Shown here: in pieces, positions 17,633-32,600 of the stretch
How the letters are laid out: the number at the start of each line of letters is the position of its first letter
How positions within the stretch are numbered: the first letter of the stretch is position 1
Assembly: GCA_964563025.1 (NCBI GenBank)
Contig: CAZLVK010000003.1
Span: 84,061-148,060 of the forward strand
Direction of reading: 5' to 3'
DNA length: 64,000 nt
Source: an uncultured Bacteroidaceae bacterium
Lineage (GTDB): Bacteria > Bacillota > Clostridia > Christensenellales > CAG-917
Made by a program: the position numbers and the translations under genes
The notes under the pieces: generated by a model
Databases searched by the model: none
The model's input: the letters and a program-made list of their open reading frames with translations, nothing else
What the model was told of the DNA's origin: nothing

Positions 17633-20600
17633 CTATCCTTGCGTTACGCTGTCCAACGTCGTAATCCAGTTGATGCTTTCATCGCTATATTTGAACGGCG
17701 TCGGAGTGGTTTCGCTTGCCGTAGCCGTGCGCACGTTGACAAAGTAGCCGTTCGAGGTCATAGAGCCGATGAACGCCTCGGGAGAGGACTTGAGTTCGTA
17801 ACCCGTGTACATAACGATATGTTTCTTCAACTCGAAGTTCATATAGTTGAACGCGTATATCAGGCTCAAATGTTGCTGATGCGCGATTCCTATACGGCTA
17901 TCCGTCGTGCCGTTTGCGTTGCCGACAAGTTCGCTGACGGTCGCCTTTTGGTAGGCGGTGGCTGTCTTGTTGGTATCTACGGTGATATTGGTCGTAGAGA
18001 GTTTGTAACCGAGCACGTGAGTGTCGATTATATCCGCGAGACGCATACTCTCTCTGGGTGCTACGTCTGCGGTTTCGCTTGCGCTTGCCTGAGGTTGAAC
18101 GTCCGAGACGAAGTCGTAAGTGCCATTCTGGTTAGCGGTTTCGCCCATAACACCGTTATTATAATTCGTATTGCTTCCGTTGTAAAGTTCGTCGTAGGAT
18201 TTTGCGGTGCCGTAAGCGTTGGACTTCGAGACGTAAGTGCCGTTGTTCACGCCGTAAATCGCTTTTTGGAGGTAGTAGCCGTCGGTGACCGTCGCACTGC
18301 CCGTATTTACCGCTCCGAGAATACCGCCCGCGTTTGCAGTAGAAGCGGTGACGTAGATTTCGCTGACGGAAACCACTCCGCTATAGGTATTGCCCGTATA
18401 CGCAAGACCGACTATACCGCCGACGTTAGCAGTAGAAGCGATGACCGTAATCGTCGCAATGACGGTTCCGCCGTAGACGGGAGTGTTCGATACGGTGGTT
18501 TCACCTATGGTGAAATCAGCAACGGACGCCTCGTCTTTGCCGACGAGACCGCCCGCGTTCACGGTTGCGCCGGACGTGACGGTTATCGTGCCGTGGAAGG
18601 TGCAATCGCTGAGGACGTTAACCGATTGGTTGTAACCGACGATACCGCCGACGTTGAGGGTACCGCTCGTGCGAGTGTCGTATACTTGGATATTCGCATT
18701 GCGGAGGTTGACGGATTTCACGGTGCTGACGTTCTCTACGCCGTCCGAAGTGCCGAGGTGCGCGAACATGCCGATATTCGCCGTATCCCCGCTCGTTACG
18801 GTTGCAAGAATGGTGAGATGGTTTATTGTGTACCCTGCGCCGTCGTAGGAGCCGTTGAAGTCGCCCGTGAAGACGGAGTCGCTGAGTATGACCACACTGC
18901 CGACCTTGAACAAGATTACGTTTGTGAGATAACCACTGCTTTCCCAATTTTCGCCGAACGCCTCTTTGATGATTTGAGCGTCTAAGTCGGTGACAATCAT
19001 ATCGAAATCGTTGACTTGCACGAAGTCGGTATAAGTAGGCACTTCGACCTCGATAGGTTGCCAGTAGTAGTAACCGTGTTTCTCTATGACATTTCCTTTT
19101 TCGTCTTCGATGAAGTAGTCGCCGTAAGCGGGTTCTTCGAGGTCGAGACCGGTGTCTTTCTTATATTGCTCGGCTATAGATTGATAAGTCGGATACGCGG
19201 AGTGCTTGGTTATGTCATAAGACTCGTTATACTTCGTATAGTACGCTTCGAGGAAGTCTTCCCACGTGGTCGGATAAGTCGTTACGTCGAGTTCTACGTC
19301 CGTAGGCACCGCCATAGGCACGACGACAAAGTTGTATGCTTTCTCGTCATCACCGCTCGTTTCGTCCGTTTCGTTCTTGAAGTTGCCCTTGTAGTACTCC
19401 GTTGCGATGAGCAAGCCCGCCGCAGAGCCGACTTGGTAACTGCCGTCTTTCACCACGAAGTAGCCGATGATGAGAGTGGGCTGGTTGCGGAGAGTGATAC
19501 AGAGGTCCTTGCCTGTTGCGGACGAGAGAGTCGCGCCGAGGTCGGATTTGGTCGTGCTACCGACGATACGAGTATACTTGGTGTATTCTTTTGCGGTGCC
19601 GTCGCTGTTCTTCATCCAGCCGTTGGCGACTTTCACCTCGACGTCAAGGTTCCAGCTCGAAGGCACGCGGAGAGTGCCCGAAACCTCAACCCAATCGGTG
19701 TTGTAGGTGTTGTCCGCATTTGCGTAACTCTGCGAAGTGTTGGAGTAATTCGCTTTTGCGGTGTACTTGGTGATTTCGATAGTGAGGTTAGACGTGTATG
19801 CACGGACGGAGTTTATCGTGCTACCGTTGGTGACTTCGGAACCGTTGCACAACACGTAAATTTGGGTGTTCTTGTACGTGTCGCCGATAGTGACGTTCGC
19901 AGAACCGCTCTTGCGATTGACGTACGCAATATAGTAGTTGAGATAACTACTGTTATCCGAAGACGAAAGTGCGACTTCGAGCATCTTGTTGTACGCACCG
20001 CCCGACTTATAGGTTTCGCCGTCCTTGAAGATTCCGTTGACGTATTCGTCGAAGCCCGCACGATTGGTTCTGTCCTCTTCTCTGAAGTTGACGGTGACTG
20101 TGATGCTCGCTTGATTTGCAACGAAACCGCTCACGGTGATACCCTTGCCGGTGCGTTGAGACTTGCTCTTGGCGGAAGTCGCCCCGCTCGATTCGACGGA
20201 TGCATATTCGTAGTTGTTGTCGAAGGACTTATACGCCCTACCGTTCGAATCGTTGAGAGTGACGGTGAGTCCCTTGGGCGTGATATGCGCAGTCGCGGAC
20301 GTCGTATAGGTATTGCCCGATGCCCACTCGTAATTCTTCGTGTCTTTAAGACTTGCGGTAAAGCGAACGGTGTATGCGTTTACGCCCGTCTTTGCGTTGG
20401 TGTCCGAAACGGCGGTTGAACCGTTCATATAAACCGCACTCGAAAGAGAAATTGCGCTCTTCGAGGTGTCGCCTTCGTTCGTCGTGGAAACTCTATAACT
20501 GGTCGTGCCGAAATTGCTATACGTCGAAGTGCCGTCGTATACTTTATCCCCGACCGTTCCCGTATAGGTGAACTCAATCTTGGATTTTGCAATGCTGTAG

Positions 20601-23600
20601 GCTTGAGTTAGACCGGTGCCGAGTTCGTAGTTGCCGACGACGGTATCGCTTCCGGTGGCATTGGTGCCGGACACGCTCGAAATTACGGTGACCTTTGCGG
20701 TGTAATCACCGGCATCCTTTTTTCTGAAATTGGTTGCGGTTAGTTCTACGGTTTCATTGTTGTCGAAGATATTCGATATGGTGAGCACACCGTTCGAGTA
20801 AGAAATATTGCCCGACGAAATGGTCTCTCCGCCGACGGTTGCGCCTGTGACGGACGGACCTTGTTCCTTGTTCAAGTATACGTAACTGCCGACGTCCCAA
20901 CTCGTGAGGTTGATTTTTGCAGGTTCTATCGTGAGGGTTGCGGTGCCCGAAGTCAGCCCGGTGAACACGATATCGTAGTTGTCAAGCCGATTTTCCGCCT
21001 TGGACAGACAGTCCGTTAAACGGTCGACGGTACCCGTACCGCTACCGCCGCCATCCGTTGCGAGAGTCGCGGTATAATTGCCTGCGTTGACTGCGACGTT
21101 GTTCGACACTCCGTCACCAGAATAAGTGACGTTGACTCTGAACGTGACTGTTTCTTTGCCGACGTCTTCGGTGTTGGTACTGCTCGTACCTTCCCCTGCC
21201 GAGGTATCGATATAGTGCGCCTTGCCGTCGTAGGTGACGGTGGTTGTTTTGAGCGTCACGCCCGACTTGGAAATTATATACTTGTCGATAGTCCAAGTAA
21301 ACGTGCCTGCGCCCGAAACGACGTAGTTCTTAGCGGCGCCCGTAGCCGAGGACGGTGCTTCTACCGTGACGGTATAAGTCGCGGCGTCGGTTGCTTGTAT
21401 GTCATAGTAAACCGAACTCGTTCCCTGCGACGTCATCTCGCCGACGGTGATGAGTTTGTCATTTGTACTACTGCCCACTTTAGCGGTTGCAGTGATAGTA
21501 AATGTGACGGATTGTGCATCGTTTCCGACAAAGCCCTCGTTGGTTCCGTTTCCGCCTATGGTTATCTTCGTGACGCCTTGATAAGAAGCACCGCCGTTGA
21601 ATTCGTACTCACCATCATTATTCTTTTCCGACCAAGTAGCCGTTACGGTGAGTTTACGTCTATTGACTTGGACGGTGAGAGTGGTTTCTGCAAGGGAGTA
21701 GTTTTTGCCTATATTGCTATCGTTGGTCGTGACGCCGACGCTGTGAGAGCCCGCGCCACAGAAGTAGACTCTGACGGTGTAGGTGTACGTTTGGACGGAC
21801 TCCGCCTTGCCGTATGCGCCGTCACTAAGGACGGTATAACCGCAATCGTTAACGTCTTTTGAACTCTCGCCGTCTTTATAAGAATAGTATGCCGTAGTGC
21901 TGTTTGTGCCGACGGTGGGCATACTACTGCTCTTTTCAACGGCTGTTACGGTCACGTTTTCCGCGGTCAAGCCGAGTATATTCTTCAAATCGTCGTTGTT
22001 TATGCATTCGTAGACGGAGTTTTCGACGATGAACTCGACGTAGTGCTTATATGTGCCGTCATATGTGCCGACAGTAGTGTTTGTGTTGTCGGTGAGCACG
22101 AGGTCGCGCTTGTTTATCGTCCACTTGTATTCGTTGTTTTTGGTGGAATCGACGGAACCGATTGTTATCTTGTTGCCTGCGGAGTCTACGAACCAGATAT
22201 TCGCCTTGACGTCGTAAGTGCCCGCGTCGGTGGCGGTGTTGACGGAGCCGTCCGCCGTGCCGTCGAAGTAGTAGTAGGATTGGTTCATCTTCGCGGAAGA
22301 GTCCACGGTTTCCGACGTCGTATTATAGGTCATACCGGTGATAGGCGCGTAGCGTTGCTGTCCGTTATACACAAGACCGGATTCCATAGTGGTCTTCTTG
22401 TAGTAGATGAGGACGTTGCCGACCGCGCCGTACTTGGTATTGTTGCCGTTTGCGTCCTTTTCGTATTGAGTGGTGTCCCAATCGAAGTAGATAGTACCGG
22501 TCGCACCGCTACTCGTCTTGCCGTGGACGGAGAGTGCGGAGTAGTCGGATTCGGCGTCGCTGTCGCCGGGGTTAGGCGTTGTGCCGTAGAAGTAGACGTA
22601 GTAGCCGGTGCCGTCGGGGACGGTGGCGGTCGTGTAGATATGACCGGTCTCGATTGCGCCACTGTTATAGGTCATCTGAGAGTCATTTATCTCGCCTTTG
22701 ACGGGAGTGTTCGCGATGATATTCCACTGTGCGAGTTCGCTACCCTGAATATCCACTTTGATACTGCCTACGTCGGTGGCATAGACGTAGAAGAAGCCGT
22801 GTTGTATATCCCCTGTCGTGTAGACGATATTACCGGCAGCGCCGTATGAGCCGTAGCCGAGAGCGGAGTTGTAGACAAGTTCGCTGTTATATGTCGTGGC
22901 GAGTTCAGCCCAACTTGTATATCCGAGAGCGGAAGGCTCGTCGGGGTGCGCGGACATATACGCCAACGAGAAGTTGAGTGTGTTCGCGGGAGTGCCGATA
23001 ATAGCGGTATATTTATACGAAGTCGAGGACGTAGTAGTCCACTCTGATTCATTGCTATCGTAGGTGGACGTCGTAGTGACGGTGGTAGTCTTGTAGTAGA
23101 GCGTGGTGCTCATACCCGCTTTGTTATTTGCGTTTATAGCGGTGCCGTTGTCGTCGCTATATAATTGACCGTATTTGGTGGTGGATATAGTCTTAATTTC
23201 GGTATCGGTATTTGTGACCGTTTCAAACGTAGTTTCAGCGTCCAAATACGTGCCATAGCCCGACTTATCTTCTTCACCCGCAACGTTGAAAGCCGCGTCG
23301 AGAGTACCGCTGATATTGTCGGGATCCACCTTGTTGAGGGTGTTGTTGTCGGACTCTTTAATCCAATAGGAGCCGTCGGTGTAGGTGTAAGAGTCGTCGG
23401 CGTAGGTAGCCGCGTATCCGACGATACCGCCGTAAGTGGATTTGCCGTTTTTCAGAGAGCCGATGACTTCGCCTTTGACGTTGAAACAGTTGACGATTGA
23501 CGCCTCGTCGGTGACCGATGAGCCGTTGTAGCCGACGATACCGCCGACGTTATAGCGACCGCTGACGGTGGAGAGATAGACGAGCATATTGTCGATGATG

Positions 23601-26600
23601 ACTTTTGCGCCGTTTATCGCGCCCACGAAACCGCCGACGCCGTCGACACCCGTGCCGTATACGCTACCGTTGACGTAGTAGGAGTTACCGCTCCAATCCG
23701 CCTTGTCGTCTATATCGCTTGCGTCGATGACGCCGATGACTCCGCCGAGACCGCCCGCGTAATTTTTGTTGTTTATTGTGTAAGGCGTATCGGGAGTCGT
23801 ACCGGTTGCGGTGACGGAGACCGTATTGCCTTCGGTGGCGGGTTCGTATGCGAAGTAGGAGTCGGTTATATGAGTGGATTGATTGTTGTCCGCATATTTA
23901 GGAACGGTACTGCTGACGCTCTCGCCGAGAGTTGTGGTCGGATAGTAATCGTTGCCGTAACCGGTGGTGATGAGGCCGATAGCACCGCCCATAGCGGTGT
24001 TGCCGCCGAAGGTCATGCTAGCCGAGTAGTTGGTGAAGGACGCGTAGTTGACAAGTCCGTCCACGACGCCGATGATACCGCCCGCGAAACTGTTTGCGTT
24101 GACTTCGCCGTAGTTTGCAAACGTGACTTTATTGGCTGAAGTGCCCTCGATTTTGCCGTACATAAGGCCGATGATACCGCCTGCGTTGGATATATCCGCG
24201 GTGGCGGTGACTTTGCCGTAGTTGTAAAGTTCGGTCGTGGCGGTGGTTGCGGTGATTGACGCTCCTCCGAGCATTGCGCCTATGACACCGCCGACGTTGC
24301 TGACCGCCGTGACGCTTGCGTTGCCTGTGGTGGAATCGGTGCAAGCGAGAGCGTCGGAGTCCATAGCGAACGCGGTTCCGTCCGCCTTAACGCCGTTTGC
24401 GAGTTTACCGCTGATATTACCGCTGATGAGGAGACCGATTGCACCGCCGACGTACTCGTAGCCGTAAACGCTACCCGTATTGACGAGGGTACCGCTGTTT
24501 GCGAACGCACCCGCGTTTGCGCCGAGGATACCGCCGACGAACTTCTGATATGCGGTTTTGTACGTAGAGTTGCCGACTTGACCGTCGTTCTGGAAGGTGG
24601 CGTCGGTGCCGAAACTGATTTTCGCACTGCCACCGTTGGAGCCGACGATACCGCCGATGATTTCGACATAATTCGACGAAGTTCCCGTGCTGGACGCACC
24701 GACCTGACCGTAGTTGTTGACCTGACAGTATTCGCCGTAGAGATTACCCTCGTTTCTGCCGAGGAATCCGCCTATATACGCCTTGCCGTCAACGGACGAA
24801 TAGAGTTCGATGATAGCAAAGTCACCGTCGGAGCCGTAACTTGCGCCGAGGAATTCCTTTGCGCCGATATAGAGGCCGTTGTCGCCGGATGCGGTGTTTC
24901 CGCCGATGAACCCACCGACGTAGTATTTACCGGTGATTGCACCGCCCTTCGTAGAGGCTTTACCCGAAGTGCCGTCTTCTTTTGCGGTGTAGATTTCGGA
25001 CGTTCTGGTGATAGCGGTGTTGCCCCCGTTGAGGCCGATGAAACCGCCGACGTAGTTCGCGTTTGCGCAAGAAAGCGTAGGTGCGACGAAGAAGGTGCCG
25101 TCGAGGGTACCGCCCGCGCCGTAGCCCGCAAATCCGCCGACATTCTCAACCGTGCCCGAAGTGGGCGTGTTGATTTTGCCGTAGATATGGACGTCGATGG
25201 AGTCGAATACCGCCGACGTGCCCATATAGCCGACCGCACCGCCGATATTGTAAACTTTCTCGGTGCTTGCGAGGGTTGCGTCAATCGTGCCGTGGAAGCC
25301 GAGGGTACCGCGGAAGAGGGAGAACGCCGTAGCATCGTTGGAGATATAGCCGACGATACCGCCGATTGCGGTGCCGAACGTGCCGTCGTTGGTCGTGCCG
25401 ATACGTTGAATGAGAACGTCGCCGTAGACGGTGCAGTCGATGAACGCCATATTGGAATTGGCGTTTGCGACAGCGTTGCCGGCAATTCCGCCGATTGAGT
25501 AACTGCCGTAAATCTTGACTTTTTGGTTGTCTGTCGAAGTCGTCGTAGTGCCTATCGAGCCGACCGAGGAGCCGGTGACGGTGAGGGAGCCTACATCGTC
25601 GCACTTGCCGACGATACCGCCGACGAGAGTGCCGACGGCTTTATCCGAGTTGACCTCCGCGCTTCTGACGTTGCAGTTCTCGACAATTACCTGCGCGCTT
25701 GCGTCCGCTGCGACTTCGTCTTTCGTACGAGAGGACGACACGCCGATGATACCGCCGATATTGGGACCGAAGCCGATGATTTTGGTGTCCCCTACGACGT
25801 TTGCACTTCCGACGATACAGTTCTTGATTGTTATGGTTTCTTCTTTGGCGGGTTCGGCAACGCCGAGAATACCGCCGACCGCATTGGTGCGTGTATTGCC
25901 TGTCTTATTTATCGCTTGAATGGTGAGAGATGCGGTTTCAAGGCCGTCGAGAACGGATTCACCCATTGCGTAGCCGACCAAGCCTGCGTGGACGTTTTTA
26001 CCCGACGAAATCGCTCTGCCGGTGATGGTGCCCGAAACCTTGATATTCGCGACGGTTGCGTCCTCTATGAACGCGAAGAGTCCCGCGTAAATATCCGCGG
26101 AGTGCCCTATCGTTCTGTCGAGTTTGAGTCCTCTGACCTCCGCTTTCGAGGTGCCGTCCCAATCGGTTTGGTGGATGTTGTTTGCGTTTATGGTTTTAAG
26201 GCTGCCGTTTATCGTGCCTTTGAAGGTGCGGTCTGCCGAGTTGCCGAACATACCGACGGGATAATAGTTGACAGCGGAAATAGGTGCTGTCGCAGTGGAT
26301 GCCGTGAAAGCGGAACTGCTTTCGTCGTAATAGGTATTTCTATTTTTCCATTGCGTATAGGAGTTCGTGCCCGTTTCGTAGTAGTTCTTCTTCCGTTGAA
26401 TTACCGCGCCGTACTTGTATATATGATAACTCTTGCCCTCGGTGAGCGTTCCGCCGTTGTTTGCGAACTTGTATGCGTTTGCAAGGCCGTTTTCGTCGGT
26501 AGGCAAGTTGATATAGGTGCATATATCCCCTGCGAGGTTGTTGGTGCTGTCCGCAAACTCTATGTATTCTCCGTCAAAGTCGTAATGGGAGGGATTCGGT

Positions 26601-29600
26601 TGCGTGATAGCGGTCAGACTCATGAGGTCTATGCCGTCTTTGATGATATACGGATTGTGCTCACCGCCTGCAGGTTGCAAGACGTATTGCTCGTTGACCT
26701 CGTCGTAGCCGTAGCCCATGGAAGTCATTGCAAGACCGTTCTTGGTGTCGAGTGCAAAGCACGCGAGTTGCGGGAGACAGCCATAGACATAGATATATCC
26801 GCCGAGGGAGCCATTTTCGATACCTGTGTTGACGCCGGTTGCCGTAACTGTGGTGGCACCGCCATAAGTCTTTGTGCCTTTCGTATTCATAACCGCCGCA
26901 CTGCCGGTAGCTCCGAACGTAACGGTGGAATTGGACTCGTCGTTTGCGGTGCAACTATTATAATTGCGATTTGCCGTAAGCGGAACTATACGCTCGCTAC
27001 TACCGCTAAAATACGCCGCCGTCAAGTCCGCAATCGACGGAAGAATAGTACCACTGTACGAGTAATTCGTTTCATATTCGCAATAAGTCTGCCATTTATA
27101 GTTCTTATAGTTGGTTCCTGATTTGCCGCCGTCAGGCTTATTGCCCGTACCCGAACTTTTATTAGGTCTATATACTTGCCACTTAAGCGAGAAATTATGG
27201 TCACCTATCGTCACGTTGCTGTTGTAGAAATTACCGGTAATCAATCCGATGATGCCCGCGCCGTAGTCCGCTTCGTTCTTCTCTTCGTTAAACCAAGTAG
27301 TATCTAAGTTTGCACCGATAACTATAAGTCCGACGTTGTAGCAGTAGTCCATTTTGATTTTTGCTCCAGACGAAGAATAACCCGCAATACCGCCGACACG
27401 CGCTTCCGGTTGAGTGTTTGCTCCAAGATAAACAATGCCGTTTGCGGTAATCGTGCCTACGTTGTAGCAATATTGGATGTCGACGTCAGTCATCGTGCCG
27501 ATGATACCGCCCGCTTGGACGCCAACACCGCCCTTTGTTCTTGCGGTAAGACCACCGGTATAGACGGAACCGGTATTGTAGCAATAGTATATACATGTGG
27601 TACCGCTGGCGGACGTATATTCACTATCACCGCCGAGTATACCGCCCGCTTTGTTACCCTGTGCAACAACTTGTCCGCTGTTGTAACTTGCGTAAATGTT
27701 AAGCGAGCCTGCTTCTGTACCTATTCCCGCGATACCGCCTACGCAAGTATCGTCGGTGTCGTCGGTACCGATTATATTGCCCGTGTTACCACAATTCCTG
27801 ATTATGCATTCGTTTGCCGACACGCCAAGGATACCGCCAACGTTTGCATCCGAAGCAACTGCCGCCGCGTTACGGCAACTTTCAAAAGTTACTTCGCTTC
27901 CAATATCGCTACCGGTAGTACCCATGATACCACCCACTCCGAAAGACACCTCGCCTTTGGAGCCGTAGTTGCCCGCACTGATAACAGTACCTTCGTTGAC
28001 GCAGTCGACGAATGTGACGTTGTAGGTGAGTGGTCCAGCAGTACCATCATCATCGTTGTCATCGTGCGCCGTGCCGACAAGACCGCCGGTGTTGTGACCG
28101 AGACCACCGCTGACGTACGCTTGGTTTTTGCAGTTGAGGAAGGTGAGGTCGCCGCGTGCTATACCGACGAACGCGCCGATGTCGTTGCCGGATGCGGATG
28201 CGTCCGCCGTGGGATTGTTGTTTTCATCCAACTTCACCACGCCGACGGAACCTGCAATGGTGAGGTTCTTGAAGGTTGCACCCGCCGCTTGCGGGAACAA
28301 GCCGATTTCGTTGTTAGAACCCAAGGCGGAAGCCCACAATCTTACGGTAATCGTATAGCCGTTGCCGTCGAAAGTACCGCCGAAACGGAATTTGTTCACG
28401 TCGGAAGTGGAGTTATAGCCGGCGGGCAACGTGACCGGGTTGCTCGTCGTGCCGATATTTGCGGTGAGTTTGACGTAGCCGGTGTAAGTGCCGTCAGTAC
28501 CTCTCACCGCATTCGCAAAGGAAGTCCAATCGTCCATATCGTTGATGATGAGAGGAGCGACTTCGGTGTTATTTTTGTAACTGAACGAGACGTTTCTGCT
28601 GACGAAAACCGCCGTGCCCGTAACCGTCGAGCCCGACACGGTGTAGTTCGCGATGAAACTGATTTTGAAGGTGCCTGCGTACGGTCCCGCAGTGTTCGTG
28701 AGAGTCACGTCCGCGGTGTACTGTTTTTCTCTGTTTTGGATAGGCTTGGTGAGGGACAGATAAGCGTTCTCCCAAGCGGTTTCGCTGGTGTAGTCCGAGA
28801 CGTTGTTGAAGACCACTTGTCTTGCGCACACGGACATGGACTCTGCGTCCACGCCGAGGTAGATATAAATCATCGACGCGCTCGCGGAGTCGTTCTCCGC
28901 ATCGAACTTGTTGTCGGTGGCGGTTTCGGTACCGCTCGCGTCGTAGAACACGATTTGCGCCTTCGTGGTAGCGTCGGAGAGAGTTCCGGGGGTCGGCAAA
29001 GTCACTCCGAGAGGGATGATACCCTTGCCGAGATAAGAGGTGTTCGTCTTACCGGCGCTGTATTGAGCGGTGGACGTCAGAAGTCCCGCAAAAATCGCCA
29101 TTTCGTAGATATTTGCGGTAGAGGTCGCAAAGTTGCTGTCCGCAATGATATATTTGCCGTTTGCGTTCGGGGAAACGGTGGTATAGTCGGCGCCGTCCGC
29201 AAGGTACAACGCCCACGAATTTTCAAATTTAACCGTCGAGGACGCGTAGCCCGCGACACCGCCCGAACTTGCCGACACTCTGCTCCAATTGAAGCCTTGA
29301 ACGTAGCAATCGGTGAAGGAGACGTTCGCGCCGTCCGCAGAGCCTGCAAGACCGCCCGCGTATTGGGTATTTGCATTGACTTTATCCGTCCCCGCCTCGA
29401 CTGTCTTAGTCCCCGGTTCGGAGACGAAGCAAGAGACGAAACTACCGCCTTTCACTTGTCCGACAAGACCGCCGACGAAACTTCCGCCACTGACTGTTGC
29501 AGTTGAAAACACTCTCGTGAAGAGGTTGTTGCCCGCGCCGAGGTAGCCGGCAATTCCGCCGATATTGTCCGTACCGGCAACTGTATAGACGTCGTCACCC

Positions 29601-32600
29601 GAATACGTGCCGTTATACGACCAAGTATCCGCATCGGAGTTTTCCGCGTTTTCGAGTGCGATAACGTTCGAGCCCCAGACTGCGCCCACGATACCGCCGA
29701 TATAGTTTTGTCCGCTGATATTCGACAAATTTCGCGCTATTTCGGGAGCGAATTTGGTTATGTTCGTCGAAGACGTATCGGTATCCTTGCCGATTGCGCC
29801 CACGATACCGCCGACGTATTCGCTATCCGTGTTTGTCGAAATCGTGGCGTAGTTGACGAGTTTCAGCACCTTGTCGCCGTTGTTGCCGACGACGTACGTG
29901 CTACCGCCCGCGTCGTAGCCCGCGCCTTGCTCGATTGCGCCGATGAACCCGCCGACGTAGTTCGCACCCGCAACGGTGAGGTATGAAGAACTGCTGATAT
30001 TGCCGTATAGTTCACTGCCCTTGCCGAGATAGCCGACTATCGAGCCGACGTAATCATTTCCGCCAACGGTGTATGCTGTTGTGCCCGATGCGTTCACGTA
30101 GCAAGAGTCGATGACTGCGTTATTTGCGTATCCGACGACACCGCCGACGTAGTCTCCGCCACCCGAATTGACGTTGCCGAGCACCGCGATATTCTTGACG
30201 CCCGCCTTGCTACTATTGCCGTAGACGTAACCGAACAAGCCCAAGAAATGGCGGTTTGTTCCGTCTGCATAATTGAGGTGGTCGCCTATCGTGATACTTC
30301 TGGTAGTCGTCGAAATGTCGCTTTCGATATTACCGCCGAAGTAACTGACTGAGGTGCTCTTCGGAGAGGTTGCGGAAGTCACGCCTTGGTTATACGACGT
30401 CGCACTGCCTATCGCATACCCGCCGATCGGGTTGAAGATTATGCCGTCGGGTATCGCTATATCCGCCGTCACCACGAAGTAACAGCCGTCGTAGAAAATC
30501 GTCTTTGCGTTGGTATCTGCGCTCGTGAGTTTCGAGTAGTTCTTGACCGAGTCAATCGGTTGCATAGTGCCGTTGACTATGTCGCTGAGTCTTTGGAGAT
30601 AAATCCAGTTGCTGATGACGAACGGATTGCTTTCGCTACCCCAGGTCTTATCCCTCGTCTTTCCGTCGAGGACGCCGAAATCCGAGTCGATGAGCGTGTA
30701 GTAGAGAGTGACTTCACCGGTGAAGTTTCCGCTACCCTCGAATTTCGTCCATTGTTTTTTCTGCAATCTGTCCACAAGGACGCCGTCCGAAGTGGCGGGC
30801 GTGGAGTGCGTGACGGTAATCGTAGCATAAGTGTAGCCGGAACCGTACATATAAGCATTGCTGACGTTTGTCAAATAGCCGTTTGCATCTCTCGCCTTTC
30901 TATCGCTGACGATATAGAATTTCGTCTTATATCCGCTCCAAGTGTTGCTATCGTATTCTATAACGCCGATTTCGGTATTATCCTTAAACGATGTGATATT
31001 GTAAAGGAAACTATACTTTGACATTCCGTATGCAGATCCGCTGTATCCGTAGACCGCATCCGACGAAGATATGTCGTAAGGCTGTATCGTCACGCCTTGA
31101 TTGTTGAGTTTTTGACCGAAAATTTGACTGCTTGCTTTGATTTCGACCTTATACTTAAATCCGCCGGTGCTGACGTTTACGTCGTCACCGCTTGTTGTCG
31201 TGAAAACAGCAGAGTACCCGGTTATATTCCCATTCCAATTATAATACTTGATTTTGCTTTCGTGTTCATATATAAGGTTCACATTGTCGGTGCCGTTATT
31301 GTATGTGATATTTTCTATCGCAGCGAAACGCACGTCGATATTGCCCGCAAAATCGGATTTATATTTGATTTTGCCGAACGTCACCGAGCCGTCAGAGTTG
31401 GCGGTAGTATTCTCCAAAGAATTCGGAGTCGCATAAGCACCGAGCGACAGAGTACCCGAAATCACGTTGCTTGCCTTACGTAAAGACAAGTAGTTGCCGT
31501 TTTCCGTCTTTACACCGCTCGCTATATAGAAACCGTTTATATCCTTAGTTTTGATATTATCCCACGAAGAACAATCCGTAAACGTACTTCCGCTCACCGT
31601 GCAGGGATAGACCTTTTGACTAATATTCGAGTATATAAGCACGTATTTGCCCGTCGAGGCTGTTGTACCGGTATTGTGATCGGTGTAGACCGAGCCGTAG
31701 TAGAACGCCCAACTGTCCGTCGTCGTGCCCGCCGTCGTGCCGACAATACCGCCGACGTTAGAGCCACTGGTTGCTTCAATTTTGCTCGAACTGTCTATCT
31801 CGACGTAGCAATTCGTGATAGTGTTTCCACTGCCCCCGCCGACTATACCGCCGACGTATTGGTAGCCGGAAATTACACTCTTATTGTAGCAATACGTGAA
31901 CGCAACGTTATTTGCGGAACCGATTATACCGCCCGTGTAGTTTCCATAGGCGGTGACCTTCCCCGTATTCACAAGGTGTGCGAAAGTCCCTCTGGTCGTA
32001 GCATTGCCCACAAAACCGCCCGTGTAGTCACCGTTGCTACGCTCACCGGTGTTTGTGTTGTAACTTCCGCCCGTAATGACACCGGTGTTGACGTTTGAAC
32101 CGGTAAACACAACTTCCGTGCCTTCGCCTATGAAACCGCCTACGCGATTGCCCGTGCCGACTATCGTGCCGGAGTTAGTGCAATTATTGAACGTGGTCTT
32201 TTGGGTTGCATACCCGACGAAACCGCCGACATAACTACCCCATGCACTGATTGACTTTGTATAGGTCAGTCCGCTGAAAGTGAACTCTACCGCACTGTGA
32301 CCGATATAACCGCCGATTTGGCTGTAACCGTAAATGTTGGAATCTGCATAAATACCCGACACGTCCGCGCTCGAATTGTAGCCGATGACGCCACCGGTGT
32401 AATTTGCACGATATAAGTTCCCGCCGATAGTGGTAACGCCCGAACGACAATTCTTAATCGTGCCGGTATTGTAGCCGACGACACCGCCGACGTAACCGCC
32501 GTTTACGACGTTGAATATGCTACCTGTGCTAATAATATTTATATCTGCTTTTCCTATAAGCGTACCGCTATTATATCCGACGACACCGCCGAGCATACCG

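Noticed and set aside
17639-29506. Many long plus-strand ORFs antisense to the giant gene (for example 17639-18985, 19016-20419, 24578-25498, 25523-27121, 27410-29506)
   Set aside because: They are mirror frames of a strongly repetitive Gly/Thr/Val-rich coding sequence. Their translations are low-complexity R/V/G/D strings, they have no RBS, and they overlap an uninterrupted 19.8-kb sense ORF with clear domain content.
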